Assembly: GCF_049197925.2 (NCBI RefSeq) | Contig: NZ_CM137833.1 | Source: Escherichia coli | Lineage (GTDB): Bacteria; Pseudomonadota; Gammaproteobacteria; Enterobacterales; Enterobacteriaceae | DNA: 32,000 nucleotides | Reading direction: 5' to 3' (one strand) | In this document: piece by piece, positions 1 through 30,018 of the stretch | Layout of the letters: every line of letters starts with the position of its first letter | Position numbering within the stretch: the first letter of the stretch is position 1 | Program-made: the position numbers and the translations under genes | Notes under the pieces: model-generated | Databases searched by the model: none | What the model was told of the DNA's origin: nothing | The model's input: only the letters and a program-made list of their open reading frames with translations

Positions 1-378
1 GCCGGGCTTATGGCATCGTTTTACACCCAGGATCCACAGGTTAAACATGTCGTTGTGATTCTGATTTGGCTAAATGCTTTATTTATGCCTATTTGGTCCG
101 CCTCATGGGTGCTACCCGCTGGATTTAAAGGTGCTCGTGATGCCCGTTACGCCATGTGGGTTTCGATGTTGAGCATGTGGGGTTGTCGGGTTGTAGTCGG
201 TTATGTGCTGGGAATCATGCTTGGCTGGGGTGTGGTTGGTGTCTGGATGGGAATGTTTGCCGACTGGGCTGTGCGGGCCGTGCTGTTTTACTGGCGAATG
301 GTTACTGGACGTTGGCTATGGAAATACCCTCGACCCGAGCCGCAAAAGTGTGAAAAAAAGCCAGTTGTGTCGGAATAA
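1..378 (+). CDS. yeeO: MATE-family efflux transporter, C-terminal part (5' end outside window)
   Basis: Frame 1 is open from base 1 to the stop at 376-378 (ORF track 10..378). The product is a very hydrophobic membrane C-terminus. Its position upstream of tRNA-Asn, yeeN, amn and shiA matches the recalled K-12 locus. Confidence 0.7.
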   Translation, partial: AGLMASFYTQDPQVKHVVVILIWLNALFMPIWSASWVLPAGFKGARDARYAMWVSMLSMWGCRVVVGYVLGIMLGWGVVGVWMGMFADWAVRAVLFYWRMVTGRWLWKYPRPEPQKCEKKPVVSE

Positions 379-431
379 ACGACAAAATGCAGATTATTTC
401 AGCAAACGATTTCAAATTTAAAAAACAGGCT

Positions 432-460
432 TTGACATTGTGGGTGGGCATCGCTAATAT
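432..460 (+). promoter_or_regulatory. sigma70 promoter of tRNA-Asn
   Basis: TTGACA (432-437), a 17-nt spacer, then TAATAT (455-460). A GC-rich discriminator follows, and the tRNA 5' end is 19 nt downstream. Confidence 0.7.
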
Positions 461-478
461 TCGCCTCGTTCTCACGAT

Positions 479-554
479 TCCTCTGTAGTTCAGTCGGTAG
501 AACGGCGGACTGTTAATCCGTATGTCACTGGTTCGAGTCCAGTCAGAGGAGCCA
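479..554 (+). tRNA. asnW: tRNA-Asn (anticodon GTT)
   Basis: 76 nt, TCCTCTGTAGTTCAGTCGGTAGAACGGCGGACTGTTAATCCG...GAGGAGCCA. The sequence has cloverleaf arms, a GTT anticodon loop, a TTCGAGTCC T-arm and an encoded CCA. Confidence 0.97.
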
Positions 555-615
555 AATTTTAGTTTTGAGACATCTCTATGAGTCTCAAAACAGTTAAAAA
601 ATAAAAATTATTTTT

Positions 616-651
616 ACCCGGTTACCTTGTAAAAAAGTGACCGGGTTTTTT
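616..651 (+). terminator. Rho-independent terminator after tRNA-Asn
   Basis: Stem CCCGGT (617-622) pairs with ACCGGG (640-645), followed by a T-run at 646-651. A second hairpin, TTTTGAGAC/GTCTCAAAA, lies at 563-590. Confidence 0.7.
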
Positions 652-966
652 GATTTCTGTGTTTCGTGCGCTTAATCGAGTCTCACGCTTCAGTGAGCAA
701 GTTGCCCCCCAACAGACATCACGATTCGCAAGGTCAAAAACTCTGTTCCATGAAGTACCGTACAAAGATAAAGAGAAAAATGCCTTATGCGGGATGTCGC
801 TATCGCGTCTTTATCGGGAAACTATGCGTTATTGCCACTTTGCCTTCTGTAATCAGAAAAAGAAGAACTGGAATTTTAATAAATATTATTTCTCTGGGGA
901 CGGGGATTTTTTATAATCAATATGACGAGTTGAACATTATATTTTTTATAAGGGTTATATGAGATT

Positions 967-997
967 AAAGAAATCTGCCGTAAAGACAGATTTCTTT
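967..997 (-). terminator. hairpin downstream of yeeN
   Basis: An 11-bp stem, AAAGAAATCTG (967-977) with CAGATTTCTTT (987-997), lies 10 nt after the yeeN stop. Confidence 0.5.
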
Positions 998-1006
998 AAA
1001 ATATAA

Positions 1007-1723
1007 TTAGAGATTTGCGACGTTATGATAAACTTTTTGTACATCGTCGTCATCTTCAAGGGCATCAACAAGCCCTTCAAAGATTTCTAAATCTTCTGGG
1101 GAAAGCTCAACTTCAGATTGAGCAATCATTTCTAATTCTGTTGTTGAGAACTCAGTGATTCCAGCTGCTTTTAGAGCCGCGATTCCTTTATGAAGGTCAG
1201 TAGGTTCGGTATAAATAACAATGTTACCTTCTTCTTCAGTCACATCACGAACATCAACTTCAGCTTCAAGTAAAATTTCAAAAATATGGTCAGGGTCTGA
1301 TCCTTTAAATACAATCACACCCGTATTGTCAAACATATAGCTGACAGAACCTGCCGCTCCGATATTGCCGCCTTTTTTATTGAAAATTGTGCGAACGTTA
1401 GCAATCGTACGGTTAACATTTGAAGTCAATGTCTCGGCGATAATCATTGAGCCATTAGGACCAAAGCCTTCATAACGTCCCTGCACGAACGTTTCATCTC
1501 CGCCGCCTTTGGCTTTATCAATTGCTTTATCAATAACGTGCTTTGGAACTTGTGCCTGCTTTGCACGTTCAATAACGAATTTTAAAGATGTGTTTAATTC
1601 TGGATCGGGTTCACCTTGTTTAGCAGCAGCATAGATTTCTACACCGAATTTTGCATAAATTTTAGACGTTGCACCGTCTTTAGCCGTTTTTTTAGCAACA
1701 ATATTGGCCCATTTACGTCCCAC
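1007..1723 (-). CDS. yeeN: YebC/PmpR-family transcriptional regulator
   Basis: 238-aa ORF starting [17 protein letters not shown]... with the typical YebC-family N-terminus and an acidic C-terminus. Confidence 0.9.
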   Translation of the reverse strand: MGRKWANIVAKKTAKDGATSKIYAKFGVEIYAAAKQGEPDPELNTSLKFVIERAKQAQVPKHVIDKAIDKAKGGGDETFVQGRYEGFGPNGSMIIAETLTSNVNRTIANVRTIFNKKGGNIGAAGSVSYMFDNTGVIVFKGSDPDHIFEILLEAEVDVRDVTEEEGNIVIYTEPTDLHKGIAALKAAGITEFSTTELEMIAQSEVELSPEDLEIFEGLVDALEDDDDVQKVYHNVANL

Positions 1724-2065
1724 TGGAATGATCTCCTCGAAAATTTATTTACATTACTGGTAAATCGTTAACATGTGTTAATTCGGCATATTATATCATA
1801 ACAGGAAAAATCTCGTCTATTAGGAATAAAAATATTCTAAAGCCATAATCTTATATTTAATTTTATAAAAACTTATATTGTTGGCGGGATTTTTTATAAT
1901 TGTGTTTTGAAAGCATACTTGCTTTTAATATGTGGAAATCATTAAGACGATAATAAAACACGTATCCGCCCAAGGAAGCAAACAGCCCACGATTATTGCA
2001 GGCTATTTGCCAGGTCTCTTACTTACTCCTTCACATCTATTTCTGATAAGAAGGTTCAGAACTTA

Positions 2066-3520
2066 TTATCGGAACGGCGGCTCATTAAAGGTTCGTAATT
2101 TACGCGAATGCAGTCGGTCGCCTTCTGCGCGCAGCAAATCGATCGCCCGAATGCCAATTTGCAGATGTTCGGAAATAGCGCCTTCATAAAAACGGTTAGC
2201 CTGGCCGGGAAGTTTAATCTCGCCATGCAACGGTTTATCTGAAACACACAGTAGTGTCCCGTATGGCACGCGGAAACGATATCCTTGCGCGGCAATGGTT
2301 GCACTTTCCATATCAATTGCTACGGCCCGGCTTAAGTTAAAACGAAGTGCAGAAGCTGAGTAACGTAATTCCCAGTTCCTGTCATCTGTGGTTACCACAG
2401 TACCAGTACGTAGCCGCTGTTTGACTTCCTCACCGGGCCTGCCGCTCACCAGCTTGGTGGCGTCATAAAGCGCACGTTGCACTTCAGCAATGCTCGGAAT
2501 AGGAATATCGGGCGGCAGAACCGCATCAAGAACGTGGTCATCGCGTAAATAAGCGTGTGCAAGTACATAATCGCCAATGGCCTGACTTTCACGTAATCCG
2601 CCACAGTGACCAATCATCAACCAGACATCCGGGCGTAGCACTGCCAGATGATCGCAGATGGTTTTAGCATTTGACGGTCCCACGCCAATATTCACCAGAG
2701 TAATACCCTGACCATTGGCGGTAATTAAATGCCATGCTGGCATCTGATGTTTTTTCCATGCAAGGTCGGAAATGGCTTCTTCTGGCGCTTCGGTTTCGGC
2801 GGTGATCCAGTTCCCGCCAGCACAAGAAAGGGCAATGTAGGGACTATCAGGATCGAGGATCTGGCTGCATCCCCAACGAACGAATTCATCCACATAACGT
2901 GTGTAGTTGGTAAACAAGACGAACGGCTGAAAATGTTCAACTGGCGTACCGGTATAATGGCGCAACCGCGCGAGGGAAAAATCGACGCGGCGCGCATCAA
3001 AATGCGATAGCGGGGAGAATTCAGTTGGATGATAAATGCCGTCTGCAGTTTCATCGCCAATTTGCGCCAGTTCTGTTGTCGGGAAGTAGCGAGTTAACCC
3101 AGCGCTCATTGAGCGATCAAGTGTCAATTCAGAGCCATCGATGACATAAGGATAGGGGATTTCATGCTGCGAGGGTTGCACCGAGATATGCGCACCATAA
3201 TCCTGATACAGCAACGTAAGTTGTTCATTGAGATACGAACGAAAGAGAGTAGGGCGAGTAATCGTGGTGGTGTAGCTGCCTGCGTGAGTAAAACGACCAA
3301 ATGCGCGCGTTTTGGGGGGATTGGTTGTGCTACCGTCCCAGGTTACGGTCAGTGATGGATAGACAAAAAGACCTTGTTTGCGGGCGTTTTCATCAGGTAA
3401 TTCGCCACTTGTAATATAGTTGCCAATGGCGTTGCGTAATGCGACTACAGATTGCTCATACAGCGCGTCGAGTTTATCCAGTGCCTGAGCTGGGGTCAGA
3501 CCGGAGCCCTTATTATTCAT
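2066..3520 (-). CDS. amn: AMP nucleosidase
   Basis: The ORF-track frame is 2066..3676. I chose the ATG at 3518-3520 (MNNKGSGLTPAQALDKL...), which is preceded by an AGGAGA Shine-Dalgarno and gives 484 aa. The C-terminus has a nucleoside-phosphorylase-like domain. Confidence 0.9.
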   Translation of the reverse strand: MNNKGSGLTPAQALDKLDALYEQSVVALRNAIGNYITSGELPDENARKQGLFVYPSLTVTWDGSTTNPPKTRAFGRFTHAGSYTTTITRPTLFRSYLNEQLTLLYQDYGAHISVQPSQHEIPYPYVIDGSELTLDRSMSAGLTRYFPTTELAQIGDETADGIYHPTEFSPLSHFDARRVDFSLARLRHYTGTPVEHFQPFVLFTNYTRYVDEFVRWGCSQILDPDSPYIALSCAGGNWITAETEAPEEAISDLAWKKHQMPAWHLITANGQGITLVNIGVGPSNAKTICDHLAVLRPDVWLMIGHCGGLRESQAIGDYVLAHAYLRDDHVLDAVLPPDIPIPSIAEVQRALYDATKLVSGRPGEEVKQRLRTGTVVTTDDRNWELRYSASALRFNLSRAVAIDMESATIAAQGYRFRVPYGTLLCVSDKPLHGEIKLPGQANRFYEGAISEHLQIGIRAIDLLRAEGDRLHSRKLRTFNEPPFR

Positions 3521-3591
3521 GTGTGTCTCCTGTTCCATACAATTACCGCACATCCGATAGTATGTCACAGGAATGTGAAACAAAAGTGTAA

Positions 3592-3615
3592 GGCGAAGAT
3601 CGGATGATCTTCGCC
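3592..3615 (-). terminator. 10-bp perfect hairpin between shiA and amn
   Basis: GGCGAAGATC (3592-3601) pairs with GATCTTCGCC (3606-3615) around a 4-nt loop, 7 nt after the shiA stop. The T-tract is weak. Confidence 0.45.
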
Positions 3616-3621
3616 AGGCTA

Positions 3622-4938
3622 TCAAGCGCGGTGATTGTCTTTCATCAACAAAGCGGTCATTGCGGAAATCAGACATCCAGCCAGCAAATAAATGGCGACG
3701 CTATGCCAGTTCCCGGCAAAGTAAGTGATGAGCGCAGCGGCAATAAAAGGTGTAAATCCACCGCCAACCACACTGGCGACCTGATAACCGACTCCAGCAC
3801 CACTATAGCGATAACTGGCACCAAACATTTCGGTAAACATCGGTTGTTGCACACACACCACCATGTCATGCGCAATGTTTGCCAGCATTATGGAGAAGAA
3901 AACTATCCAGAAAATAGATTGTGCTTCAAGCGCCATAAAGAAAGGAAATGCGCTCAACGTTCCGATTAACGCACCTGTGATATAAACCCTGCGGCGACCA
4001 AAACGATCGGCAAGCCAGGCAAAACAGGGAATTGTCAGGCAGCTTAATCCACCTACCAGCAAACCAATATTGAGGAAAAGTTCGCGCGGTAACCCCATAT
4101 TCTGGGTTGAATAATTAAGTGCAAAGGCAGTAACGATGTACATCGTCAGCAATTCGCACAGTCGTAGCGCAATAATCTTCAGGAAAGCACCGGGATGTCG
4201 TAACAGCGCTTCGATAACCGGGATGCGTTTTTTCGCGGCAGCTTGATAATGTTGCTGTTGTTCAAATTCCGCGGACTCCTCCATGCCATTGCGCACCCAC
4301 AATGCTCCCAGTACCAGTACGATGCTAAACAGGAAAGGAATGCGCCAGCCCCAGCTTAAAAACTGTTCGTCAGTCGTCATCATACTGATCAATGAAACCA
4401 GTCCGGTTGAAAGCAGTAAACCTACACCGTAGCCAACTTGTACACCGCTACTGTAAAAGGCTTTTTTATTTTTCGGTGCACTTTCAACGGAAAGCAACGC
4501 CGCGCCTCCCCATTCGCCGCCGACGGCAAATCCCTGAATGGCACGCAGTGTCACCAGCAAAATAGGTGCCCACCACCCAATGGTCGAGAATGAAGGAAGA
4601 ATACCAATCAAGGCTGTCGCGATGCCCATCATCCAGACGGTCAGCATTAACATGCGCTTACGTCCCAGCCGGTCGCCAAAGTGACCGAAAATGACACCGC
4701 CGAGCGGACGGAAAAGGAATCCGACGCCAAAGGTGGCAAATGCGGCGAGCGTTCCCATCGCCGGGCTTACTTGCGGGAAAAACTCGCGATTAAACACCAG
4801 TGCGGCGGTGATGCCATAGAGTAAAAAATCATACCAGTCGACGACGGCACCAGCGAAGCTGCCTAACGCAGCTCGTCGGGCGCGACTTAACGAAACCGTC
4901 CTTTCATCGGGACGAGTGGAGATGAGCGTGGAGTCCAT
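3622..4938 (-). CDS. shiA: MFS shikimate/dehydroshikimate:H+ symporter
   Basis: 438-aa 12-TM MFS protein with GRLGRK-type loop motifs. The sequence and position agree with recalled K-12 ShiA. Confidence 0.9.
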   Translation of the reverse strand: MDSTLISTRPDERTVSLSRARRAALGSFAGAVVDWYDFLLYGITAALVFNREFFPQVSPAMGTLAAFATFGVGFLFRPLGGVIFGHFGDRLGRKRMLMLTVWMMGIATALIGILPSFSTIGWWAPILLVTLRAIQGFAVGGEWGGAALLSVESAPKNKKAFYSSGVQVGYGVGLLLSTGLVSLISMMTTDEQFLSWGWRIPFLFSIVLVLGALWVRNGMEESAEFEQQQHYQAAAKKRIPVIEALLRHPGAFLKIIALRLCELLTMYIVTAFALNYSTQNMGLPRELFLNIGLLVGGLSCLTIPCFAWLADRFGRRRVYITGALIGTLSAFPFFMALEAQSIFWIVFFSIMLANIAHDMVVCVQQPMFTEMFGASYRYSGAGVGYQVASVVGGGFTPFIAAALITYFAGNWHSVAIYLLAGCLISAMTALLMKDNHRA

Positions 4939-5252
4939 AATGATCCTGTTTGTACTGTCTTTTTATAATTAGTATGGAAAAGGTAACTCACATTGCCGTC
5001 GATCTATAAACGAACCTTATGAGACTACCTCGACAGAGCGCATCTGCAAATGATTTTATGGCTGATTAGCGGCAACATGAAAAATTCGATGGAAGATGAA
5101 AGCGCAGGAGTTGCTGGTGTTGTTTAAGGATTAAGCAGAGGACCCACAGGTTAGAGATATGAAACATAAAAGTCCGCATATGCACAAAATGGCACCCTGA
5201 TGAGTCTGATAGACTGCATTGCATTATAACCAGTAGGGAGGCGAGGTTAGGT

Positions 5253-6305
5253 ATGTTTTTAGTATCATTGTTGAGACGTATTGCATTTAGTTACTACGAT
5301 TATAAAGCTTATAATTTCAATATTGAAAAAACAGACTTTGTTGTCATCCATATTCCCGATCAGATTGGCGATGCTATGGCCATCTTTCCTGTTATTCGGG
5401 CGCTTGAATTGCATAAAATTAAGCATCTATTAATTGTTACGTCGACAATTAATTTAGAAGTCTTTAATGTGCTCAAACTTGAACAGACTAAATTAACATT
5501 AGTCACAATGACTATGCAGGATCACGCAACATTAAAAGAAATAAAAGATTTAGCGAAGAACATAACACAGCAATACGGTACGCCGGATCTTTGTATAGAG
5601 GCGATGCGTAAAAAGAACCTGAAAACGATGTTATTTATCAGTCAGTTGAAAGCAAAAACGAATTTTCAGGTTGTTGGTTTAACCATGAAGTGCTATTCCC
5701 CTGTGTGTAAGAACGCGTCCCGGATGGATCAGAATCTCCGGGCTCCCGTACCCATGACATGGGCATTTATGATTCGTGAGGCGGGTTTTCCAGCAGTCAG
5801 GCCAATATATGAATTGCCACTAAGTGAGGATGTACTCGATGAGGTGCGCGAGGAAATGCGATCGTTAGGATCTTACATTGCGCTTAATTTAGAAGGTAGC
5901 TCGCAGGAACGTACATTTTCACTATCGATTGCAGAAAATCTAATAGCAAAAATTCAAAGTGAAACAGATATACCAATAGTGATCGCTCATGGACCAAAAG
6001 GGGAAGATAAAGCCAGGGTATTAGTGGATTGTTATAATAATGTCTACCGTTTATCCTTATCACCCTCGATTAAACGTTCAGCAGCAATCATAAAAGATGC
6101 TTATATCGCAATAACTCATGACACTTCAATATTACATATGGCAAGTGCCTATAATACCCCCGTTGTTGCAATTTATGCTGATTACAAAACGCGATGGCCC
6201 GCAATGGCCGATGTTTCGGAGTCAGTCGTCGTTGGGCAAAAAATTGACAATATAAGTCTGGATGAATTCGCAAAGGCATTAAAAAGTGTTTTGGCGAGAA
6301 TATGA
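5253..6305 (+). CDS. yeeL: GT9 (heptosyltransferase-like) glycosyltransferase, apparently intact
   Basis: 350-aa ORF with a GGAGG Shine-Dalgarno upstream and low GC. Its position between shiA and yeeJ is where K-12 carries the yeeL pseudogene (recalled). Confidence 0.7.
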   Translation: MFLVSLLRRIAFSYYDYKAYNFNIEKTDFVVIHIPDQIGDAMAIFPVIRALELHKIKHLLIVTSTINLEVFNVLKLEQTKLTLVTMTMQDHATLKEIKDLAKNITQQYGTPDLCIEAMRKKNLKTMLFISQLKAKTNFQVVGLTMKCYSPVCKNASRMDQNLRAPVPMTWAFMIREAGFPAVRPIYELPLSEDVLDEVREEMRSLGSYIALNLEGSSQERTFSLSIAENLIAKIQSETDIPIVIAHGPKGEDKARVLVDCYNNVYRLSLSPSIKRSAAIIKDAYIAITHDTSILHMASAYNTPVVAIYADYKTRWPAMADVSESVVVGQKIDNISLDEFAKALKSVLARI

Positions 6306-6516
6306 GACAGTACTTATGCATAGTAATGCCGATCTGTTATGAACGGTGGTGTCATCAATACTCTGAGGCTGGTCAATCATCACAGAAAACCAGCCTTTGG
6401 ATCAAAGCTGTACTCACCGGATACGATCATAGTCACATCGAACGCGATTCTTGCGGTGCAGCAGTTTTATTTATTCATTTTCTGTGAGAGAAGGGCAAGC
6501 TCTATAGAGGGAATGT

Positions 6517-6547
6517 AAAAAAGAGTGCTCCGAATGGAGCACTCTTT
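6517..6547 (-). terminator. Rho-independent terminator after yeeJ
   Basis: Stem AAGAGTGCTCC (6521-6531) pairs with GGAGCACTCTT (6536-6546) around a GAAT loop. The plus-strand A-run gives a T-run on the minus strand. Confidence 0.75.
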
Positions 6548-6566
6548 AAGAAATTATAACGGAAAA

Positions 6567-16842
<10,276 letters not shown>

Positions 16843-16853
16843 TATTATGTTAT

Positions 16854-16876
16854 GGCGTCTTTCGGGACGCCTTTTT
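16854..16876 (+). terminator. Rho-independent terminator after the coat gene
   Basis: GGCGTC (16854-16859) pairs with GACGCC (16866-16871), followed by TTTTT. This is the same position as the gVIII terminator in Ff phages. Confidence 0.8.
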
Positions 16877-16878
16877 AG

Positions 16879-21082
<4,204 letters not shown>

Positions 21083-21120
21083 CAGGGGCTATTGATGATG
21101 TTGTCTGCACGTGATGAGTT

Positions 21121-22300
<1,180 letters not shown>

Positions 22301-22316
22301 GCCTGACAGGTTTATC

Positions 22317-23684
<1,368 letters not shown>

Positions 23685-23712
23685 TTCTCACAAATATAAC
23701 CAGCAAAATAAA

Positions 23713-23735
23713 AGCCAGTTAACTTATAGCTGGCT
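23713..23735. terminator. Bidirectional terminator hairpin
   Basis: AGCCAG (23713-23718) pairs with CTGGCT (23730-23735). An A-run lies upstream and a T-run downstream. It sits between the convergent secretin gene and the minus-strand cassette. Confidence 0.65.
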
Positions 23736-23752
23736 GTTTTATTATTGAATTT

Positions 23753-26266
<2,514 letters not shown>

Positions 26267-26454
26267 GCTTACCTTCCCTGAACGAGCTAACATAAATGCG
26301 CCCTTTCTAGCACAGCGAAAAAATGTAAATCCTGATAGCAATATGATTGAAAATTAATAACTTTTCGTTAGGCAGTTTTGGGTGTGAGTTGCAAGAGGGG
26401 AGACTACTGAATTACTCAAGTTTTATAATCGAGGGGAAAATGGTGATGACGCCA

Positions 26455-26489
26455 TAGCAAAACGCCCTCAACCATAAAGTTCGAGGGCG
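26455..26489 (-). terminator. Rho-independent terminator after asnT
   Basis: CGCCCTC (26463-26469) pairs with GAGGGCG (26483-26489), with a T-run on the minus strand. Confidence 0.65.
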
Positions 26490-26577
26490 CTTAAGATGTT
26501 AAAAACCCGCTATCCGTTAAAAAACAATGTTCAACTAAGGTTAGCGACATTGCACTAAGAAGCGAATTTTTAGAATT

Positions 26578-26653
26578 TGGCTCCTCTGACTGGACTCGAA
26601 CCAGTGACATACGGATTAACAGTCCGCCGTTCTACCGACTGAACTACAGAGGA
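26578..26653 (-). tRNA. asnT: tRNA-Asn (anticodon GTT), identical to the copy at 479-554
   Basis: The reverse complement is identical over all 76 nt to the first tRNA-Asn. Confidence 0.97.
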
Positions 26654-26671
26654 ATCGTGTGAACGGGGCGC

Positions 26672-26700
26672 ATATTACTTAGCGGTACCTTGTCTGTCAA
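26672..26700 (-). promoter_or_regulatory. sigma70 promoter of asnT
   Basis: On the minus strand: TTGACA (26695-26700), a 17-nt spacer, then TAATAT (26672-26677), followed by a GC-rich discriminator. Confidence 0.7.
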
Positions 26701-26753
26701 CACTAAATTTCATAAGTCATTTCAATTGGTTAATTAATCTGCAAAGTTGTTAA

Positions 26754-27551
26754 TTAATGAACATTCGTCGCCGAAAACGAGTCTGTATTATTAGCGTGAT
26801 GCAGTCTCTGCAAAGGATCTTGTTGATAAAATTGGCAGAAACGTTGCCACAATGAAGGGAAACGAGGAGCAAAAAGTTCTGGGGCGCTAAAGAAATATTC
26901 AGAAAGTACGGCAAAACATTCAGCAGGATCACTGGCAGCATAAGCATCAATGCTCGCCGCATTCTCGCCAACCAATTCGATTTCTTCCTGAATGTTGTTC
27001 ATTGCAGCATGAAGATCGTGTTCCCAGCCAGCAACCTCACGCAACGGAATAAAGGGAACTCCGCTGGCGCGATCGCCGTTACGGGTGTCCAGCTTATGAG
27101 CGACTTCATGAATAATCAGGTTAAAACCAGAAGCATCAAAAGAATCTTGTATATCCAACCAGTTCAAAACGATAGGCCCTTGCTGCCAGCTCTGACCTGA
27201 CTGAACAATACGTTGGTTATGCACCAGACCGATATCGTCTTCCCATTCATCATCGACCACAAATGGCGCAGGATAAATTAAGACTTCATGAAAACCATCC
27301 AGCCATTCCAGTCCTAACTCCAGAACGGGTAGGCAAAATAGAAGTGCTATCCGGCAGCTTCTTAATGAATCCAGTTCAAAGCCCTGTAAAGGAACAAGCC
27401 GCTTTTGCTGTAAAAAACGTTCGGCAAGAGTGACTAATTTGCTTTGTTCCTGTTCCGTCAGACCCGTTAAAAGGGGGATCGATAGTGCTTCCTGCCAGGG
27501 AAGGGCAGTTTGATATGCTGATTCTTGTACTTTCCAGGGCCACTTAATCAT
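26754..27551 (-). CDS. mtfA: Mlc titration factor / glucose-regulated zinc aminopeptidase
   Basis: 265 aa from the ATG at 27549-27551 ([11 protein letters not shown]...). It contains the HEVAH zinc motif. The ORF-track frame extends to 27590. Confidence 0.9.
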   Translation of the reverse strand: MIKWPWKVQESAYQTALPWQEALSIPLLTGLTEQEQSKLVTLAERFLQQKRLVPLQGFELDSLRSCRIALLFCLPVLELGLEWLDGFHEVLIYPAPFVVDDEWEDDIGLVHNQRIVQSGQSWQQGPIVLNWLDIQDSFDASGFNLIIHEVAHKLDTRNGDRASGVPFIPLREVAGWEHDLHAAMNNIQEEIELVGENAASIDAYAASDPAECFAVLSEYFFSAPELFAPRFPSLWQRFCQFYQQDPLQRLHHANNTDSFSATNVH

Positions 27552-27644
27552 CGTTTTGCTCGCAAACTCGTCACTTGAACAAAATTGCACGGACAGGGAC
27601 TGTTAAAATGCCAAATTTCCTGGCATCATGGCAACCATCTGAAC

Positions 27645-27734
27645 GGAGAGATGCCGGAGCGGCTGAACGGACCGGTCTCGAAAACCGGAGTAGGGGCAAC
27701 TCTACCGGGGGTTCAAATCCCCCTCTCTCCGCCA
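27645..27734 (+). tRNA. serU: tRNA-Ser (anticodon CGA), long variable arm
   Basis: 90 nt, GGAGAGATGCCGGAGCGGCTGAACGG...CTCGAAA...GGTTCAAATCCCCCTCTCTCCGCCA. Confidence 0.95.
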
Positions 27735-28303
27735 CTTTATCAATGACTTATCTCCCGACTTCCCGCCTTGCTTTTCCTAAACAGAACAATCGTAGAATAT
27801 TCTTGAAGGGTTAGATCGTCACTGTTTTCTGTTCGATACTGTGACATTCAGCACTTGATTCGCTATGGATCTGACAGGAAGCTTTCGAGCGAAAATGTGC
27901 AGTTATTCAGTCGTTTTCTTATCGCTCACCATTATTCTTTTAGACATTCATCCTATGAAACTGCCGCAAAGTTGGTGGTGGGAACTGAAGTTGCGTAGAG
28001 AAGGGGTCAATAATTGAGTCAAAAAAGGAACGCGGCCGTCAGATTAAAGCCGCGGGACAAAGTCCATAATTTCCAAGAGTTGTTGAATTTCGCAGCTTTT
28101 TTGAAAGCCTTTGTATCATACTAACAAGTAAAAAAGGTTTAAATACCAAAATTAACCTGTATTTTTGATAAGTCTTACCATTGTACGATTTACACAGTTT
28201 CTGCTCCTCCTTGTTGATAGTGGAAAGGGTGCATTGTGCACTTGCGTAAACATTTATGACGCGTTGATGTCCATGGTTCACATTTCCTTGTAAGGGGATC
28301 GAC

Positions 28304-28834
28304 TTATTTGCGGCGAGGCATCATTCGTAACAGAGTATTATCTTTCTGAATGTAGTGATGAAAGAGTGCTGCGCCAGCGTGAGCTGCGATTAAAAAGTAG
28401 CCTATATTTGCCCAGGTTTCGTGAATATTTTTTATCAGTGCTTTAATTTCGCTGTTTGGGGTAACAAAGGGAGACACATTGAAACCAAGGAAACTCCACG
28501 ATTTTCCACTGTAAGCCATCAAAGCAATCCCCAGCAGAGGAAGTGCAAGGAAGGTTATATAAAGCATGATGTGCATTAGCGAAGCCGCTTTCATTTGCCA
28601 GGCAGGTGGCGGTGGCACAATAGAAGGATCACTATAACGGTGTTTTATAATCAGGCGTGAAAACATTAACACCCAAACGAATATACCCGCATTGTAATGT
28701 GTTTCTCGCATCAGCAGATAAGTACTACTACCTTTAGGAAACCAGCCACGGAGTTCCATCGCGGCATAGGTTATTGCAACGAAAAGCAGCGTTATCCAAT
28801 GTAAATAAATTTGAGTTTTTGAGAATCGGTTCAT
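28304..28834 (-). CDS. yodB: Cytochrome b561-family membrane protein
   Basis: 176 aa from the ATG at 28832-28834 (MNRFSKTQIYLHW...), preceded by an AGGAG Shine-Dalgarno. It has 4 TM segments with conserved His residues. Confidence 0.85.
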   Translation of the reverse strand: MNRFSKTQIYLHWITLLFVAITYAAMELRGWFPKGSSTYLLMRETHYNAGIFVWVLMFSRLIIKHRYSDPSIVPPPPAWQMKAASLMHIMLYITFLALPLLGIALMAYSGKSWSFLGFNVSPFVTPNSEIKALIKNIHETWANIGYFLIAAHAGAALFHHYIQKDNTLLRMMPRRK

Positions 28835-29176
28835 TTTTGTAGCTCCTGTGATTTTCACAGTCAAGCTATCCCACGAACCTTAAAAATTCCTTATACAGAT
28901 GTGGTTTTAATAATTTGTTATTTAAAAAATTGATAGTGCATATTGTAACCAGCCAATATAAGCAATGGCGTGAGCACAGGTATCTTTCTCTGTTGGCCGT
29001 ATTGTGTATGGAATCCGTTATTGGTTAACTCAATGCGGGTTAGCTTATTAATATACAGACACGTCATAGTGATAAGCGTGTCTGTAGCTAGCTTGCGTTC
29101 AGTGGCGTTTGTGGATGGACCAGTGGCAGTTATGATAACTTACTAAAGCGGCATCGAGGCGTTATCATGAGAATAC

Positions 29177-29827
29177 TCAATGAGACATCATTTCCTCGAC
29201 CACTTCTTCGCTACTCAACTGATATGGATAATACGTTGGCCAGTTTTCCATTTCATTTAATAAAGATTGCTGTGAATCATTACCCATAAAAATGTGAAAA
29301 TGAGATGATTTTCGTGGTGCAATTATATGATCGCTAAATTGTATATATTTAGGGGCTTTGCTTTCAGGATCTTTACATTCGAATAAGTAACGAACGCCTT
29401 TCTTGCCTGATTTATAGGTGAGTATTTTGTATCCATCGTAATCATATTTACACGATGTTGTTTCATTATTTCTATGGAATTCAACAATGCCGTCCTCAAT
29501 GCCAATCATCTCGATATCTGTTGCATAACCTTTGTGATAATAATCTTTAATTTCAGCAAATGTTTTAGTTTTATCTGCATCCGCTTTCTTCTGAAAGACG
29601 GGGTCAAGTTTGCCACTTTGCAGTAAAGGATAAACGGATTGCCAGACTCCATCCCAGTCACTGAGCGTTCGGTTTTGTACATTGGCATCATCAAAAACAC
29701 CATTAGCAGCTTTTTGTTCGACCTCTGTTAAGGGTTTGCCGTGTGAGTGATGACCAAGCGAAAAGGCAGGAGCGCTAACAATAAAGACACCTAAAGCAAC
29801 AGCCAGTTTGTAAAGACGAATCGCCAA
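29177..29827 (-). CDS. zinT: Periplasmic zinc/cadmium-binding protein
   Basis: 216 aa with a TTG start and a GGAGG Shine-Dalgarno. It has a signal peptide followed by a His-rich HHSHG stretch. A Zur box lies upstream. Confidence 0.9.
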   Translation of the reverse strand: MAIRLYKLAVALGVFIVSAPAFSLGHHSHGKPLTEVEQKAANGVFDDANVQNRTLSDWDGVWQSVYPLLQSGKLDPVFQKKADADKTKTFAEIKDYYHKGYATDIEMIGIEDGIVEFHRNNETTSCKYDYDGYKILTYKSGKKGVRYLFECKDPESKAPKYIQFSDHIIAPRKSSHFHIFMGNDSQQSLLNEMENWPTYYPYQLSSEEVVEEMMSH

Positions 29828-29863
29828 AACAGTTTCCTCCAGAGTTAATGTATATGATGTGTA

Positions 29864-29880
29864 ATGTTATATTGTAACAT
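29864..29880. promoter_or_regulatory. Zur box in the zinT promoter
   Basis: ATGTTATATTGTAACAT is a near-perfect palindrome of the Zur consensus type (TGTTATAWTATAACA), 37 nt upstream of the zinT start. Confidence 0.7.
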
Positions 29881-30018
29881 ATAGCAAAATGCAACAACTC
29901 TTAGGAAACGAGAGCATGGCTTTCTCAGTTCTACTTATCTATCTTATTGAAATAAAATAAATTATTTTGGTGATTTGAGGTTGATGACAAACGAAACATA
30001 ACCTGATGCGATCTGTGT

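Noticed and set aside
650-962. ORFs 650..916 and 666..962 between the asnW terminator and yeeN.
   Set aside because: They overlap in alternative frames in AT-rich intergenic DNA, with a TTG or no convincing start and no Shine-Dalgarno.
28039-28281. 80-aa minus-strand ORF just downstream of yodB, with a GTG start and an AAGGA upstream.
   Set aside because: It has no recognisable family and lies in an AT-rich intergenic-looking region after serU. The support is insufficient to call it.
27735-28303. A genomic island scar downstream of serU, a known island insertion tRNA.
   Set aside because: There is no integrase fragment and no duplicated tRNA 3' end in the 570 bp before yodB.
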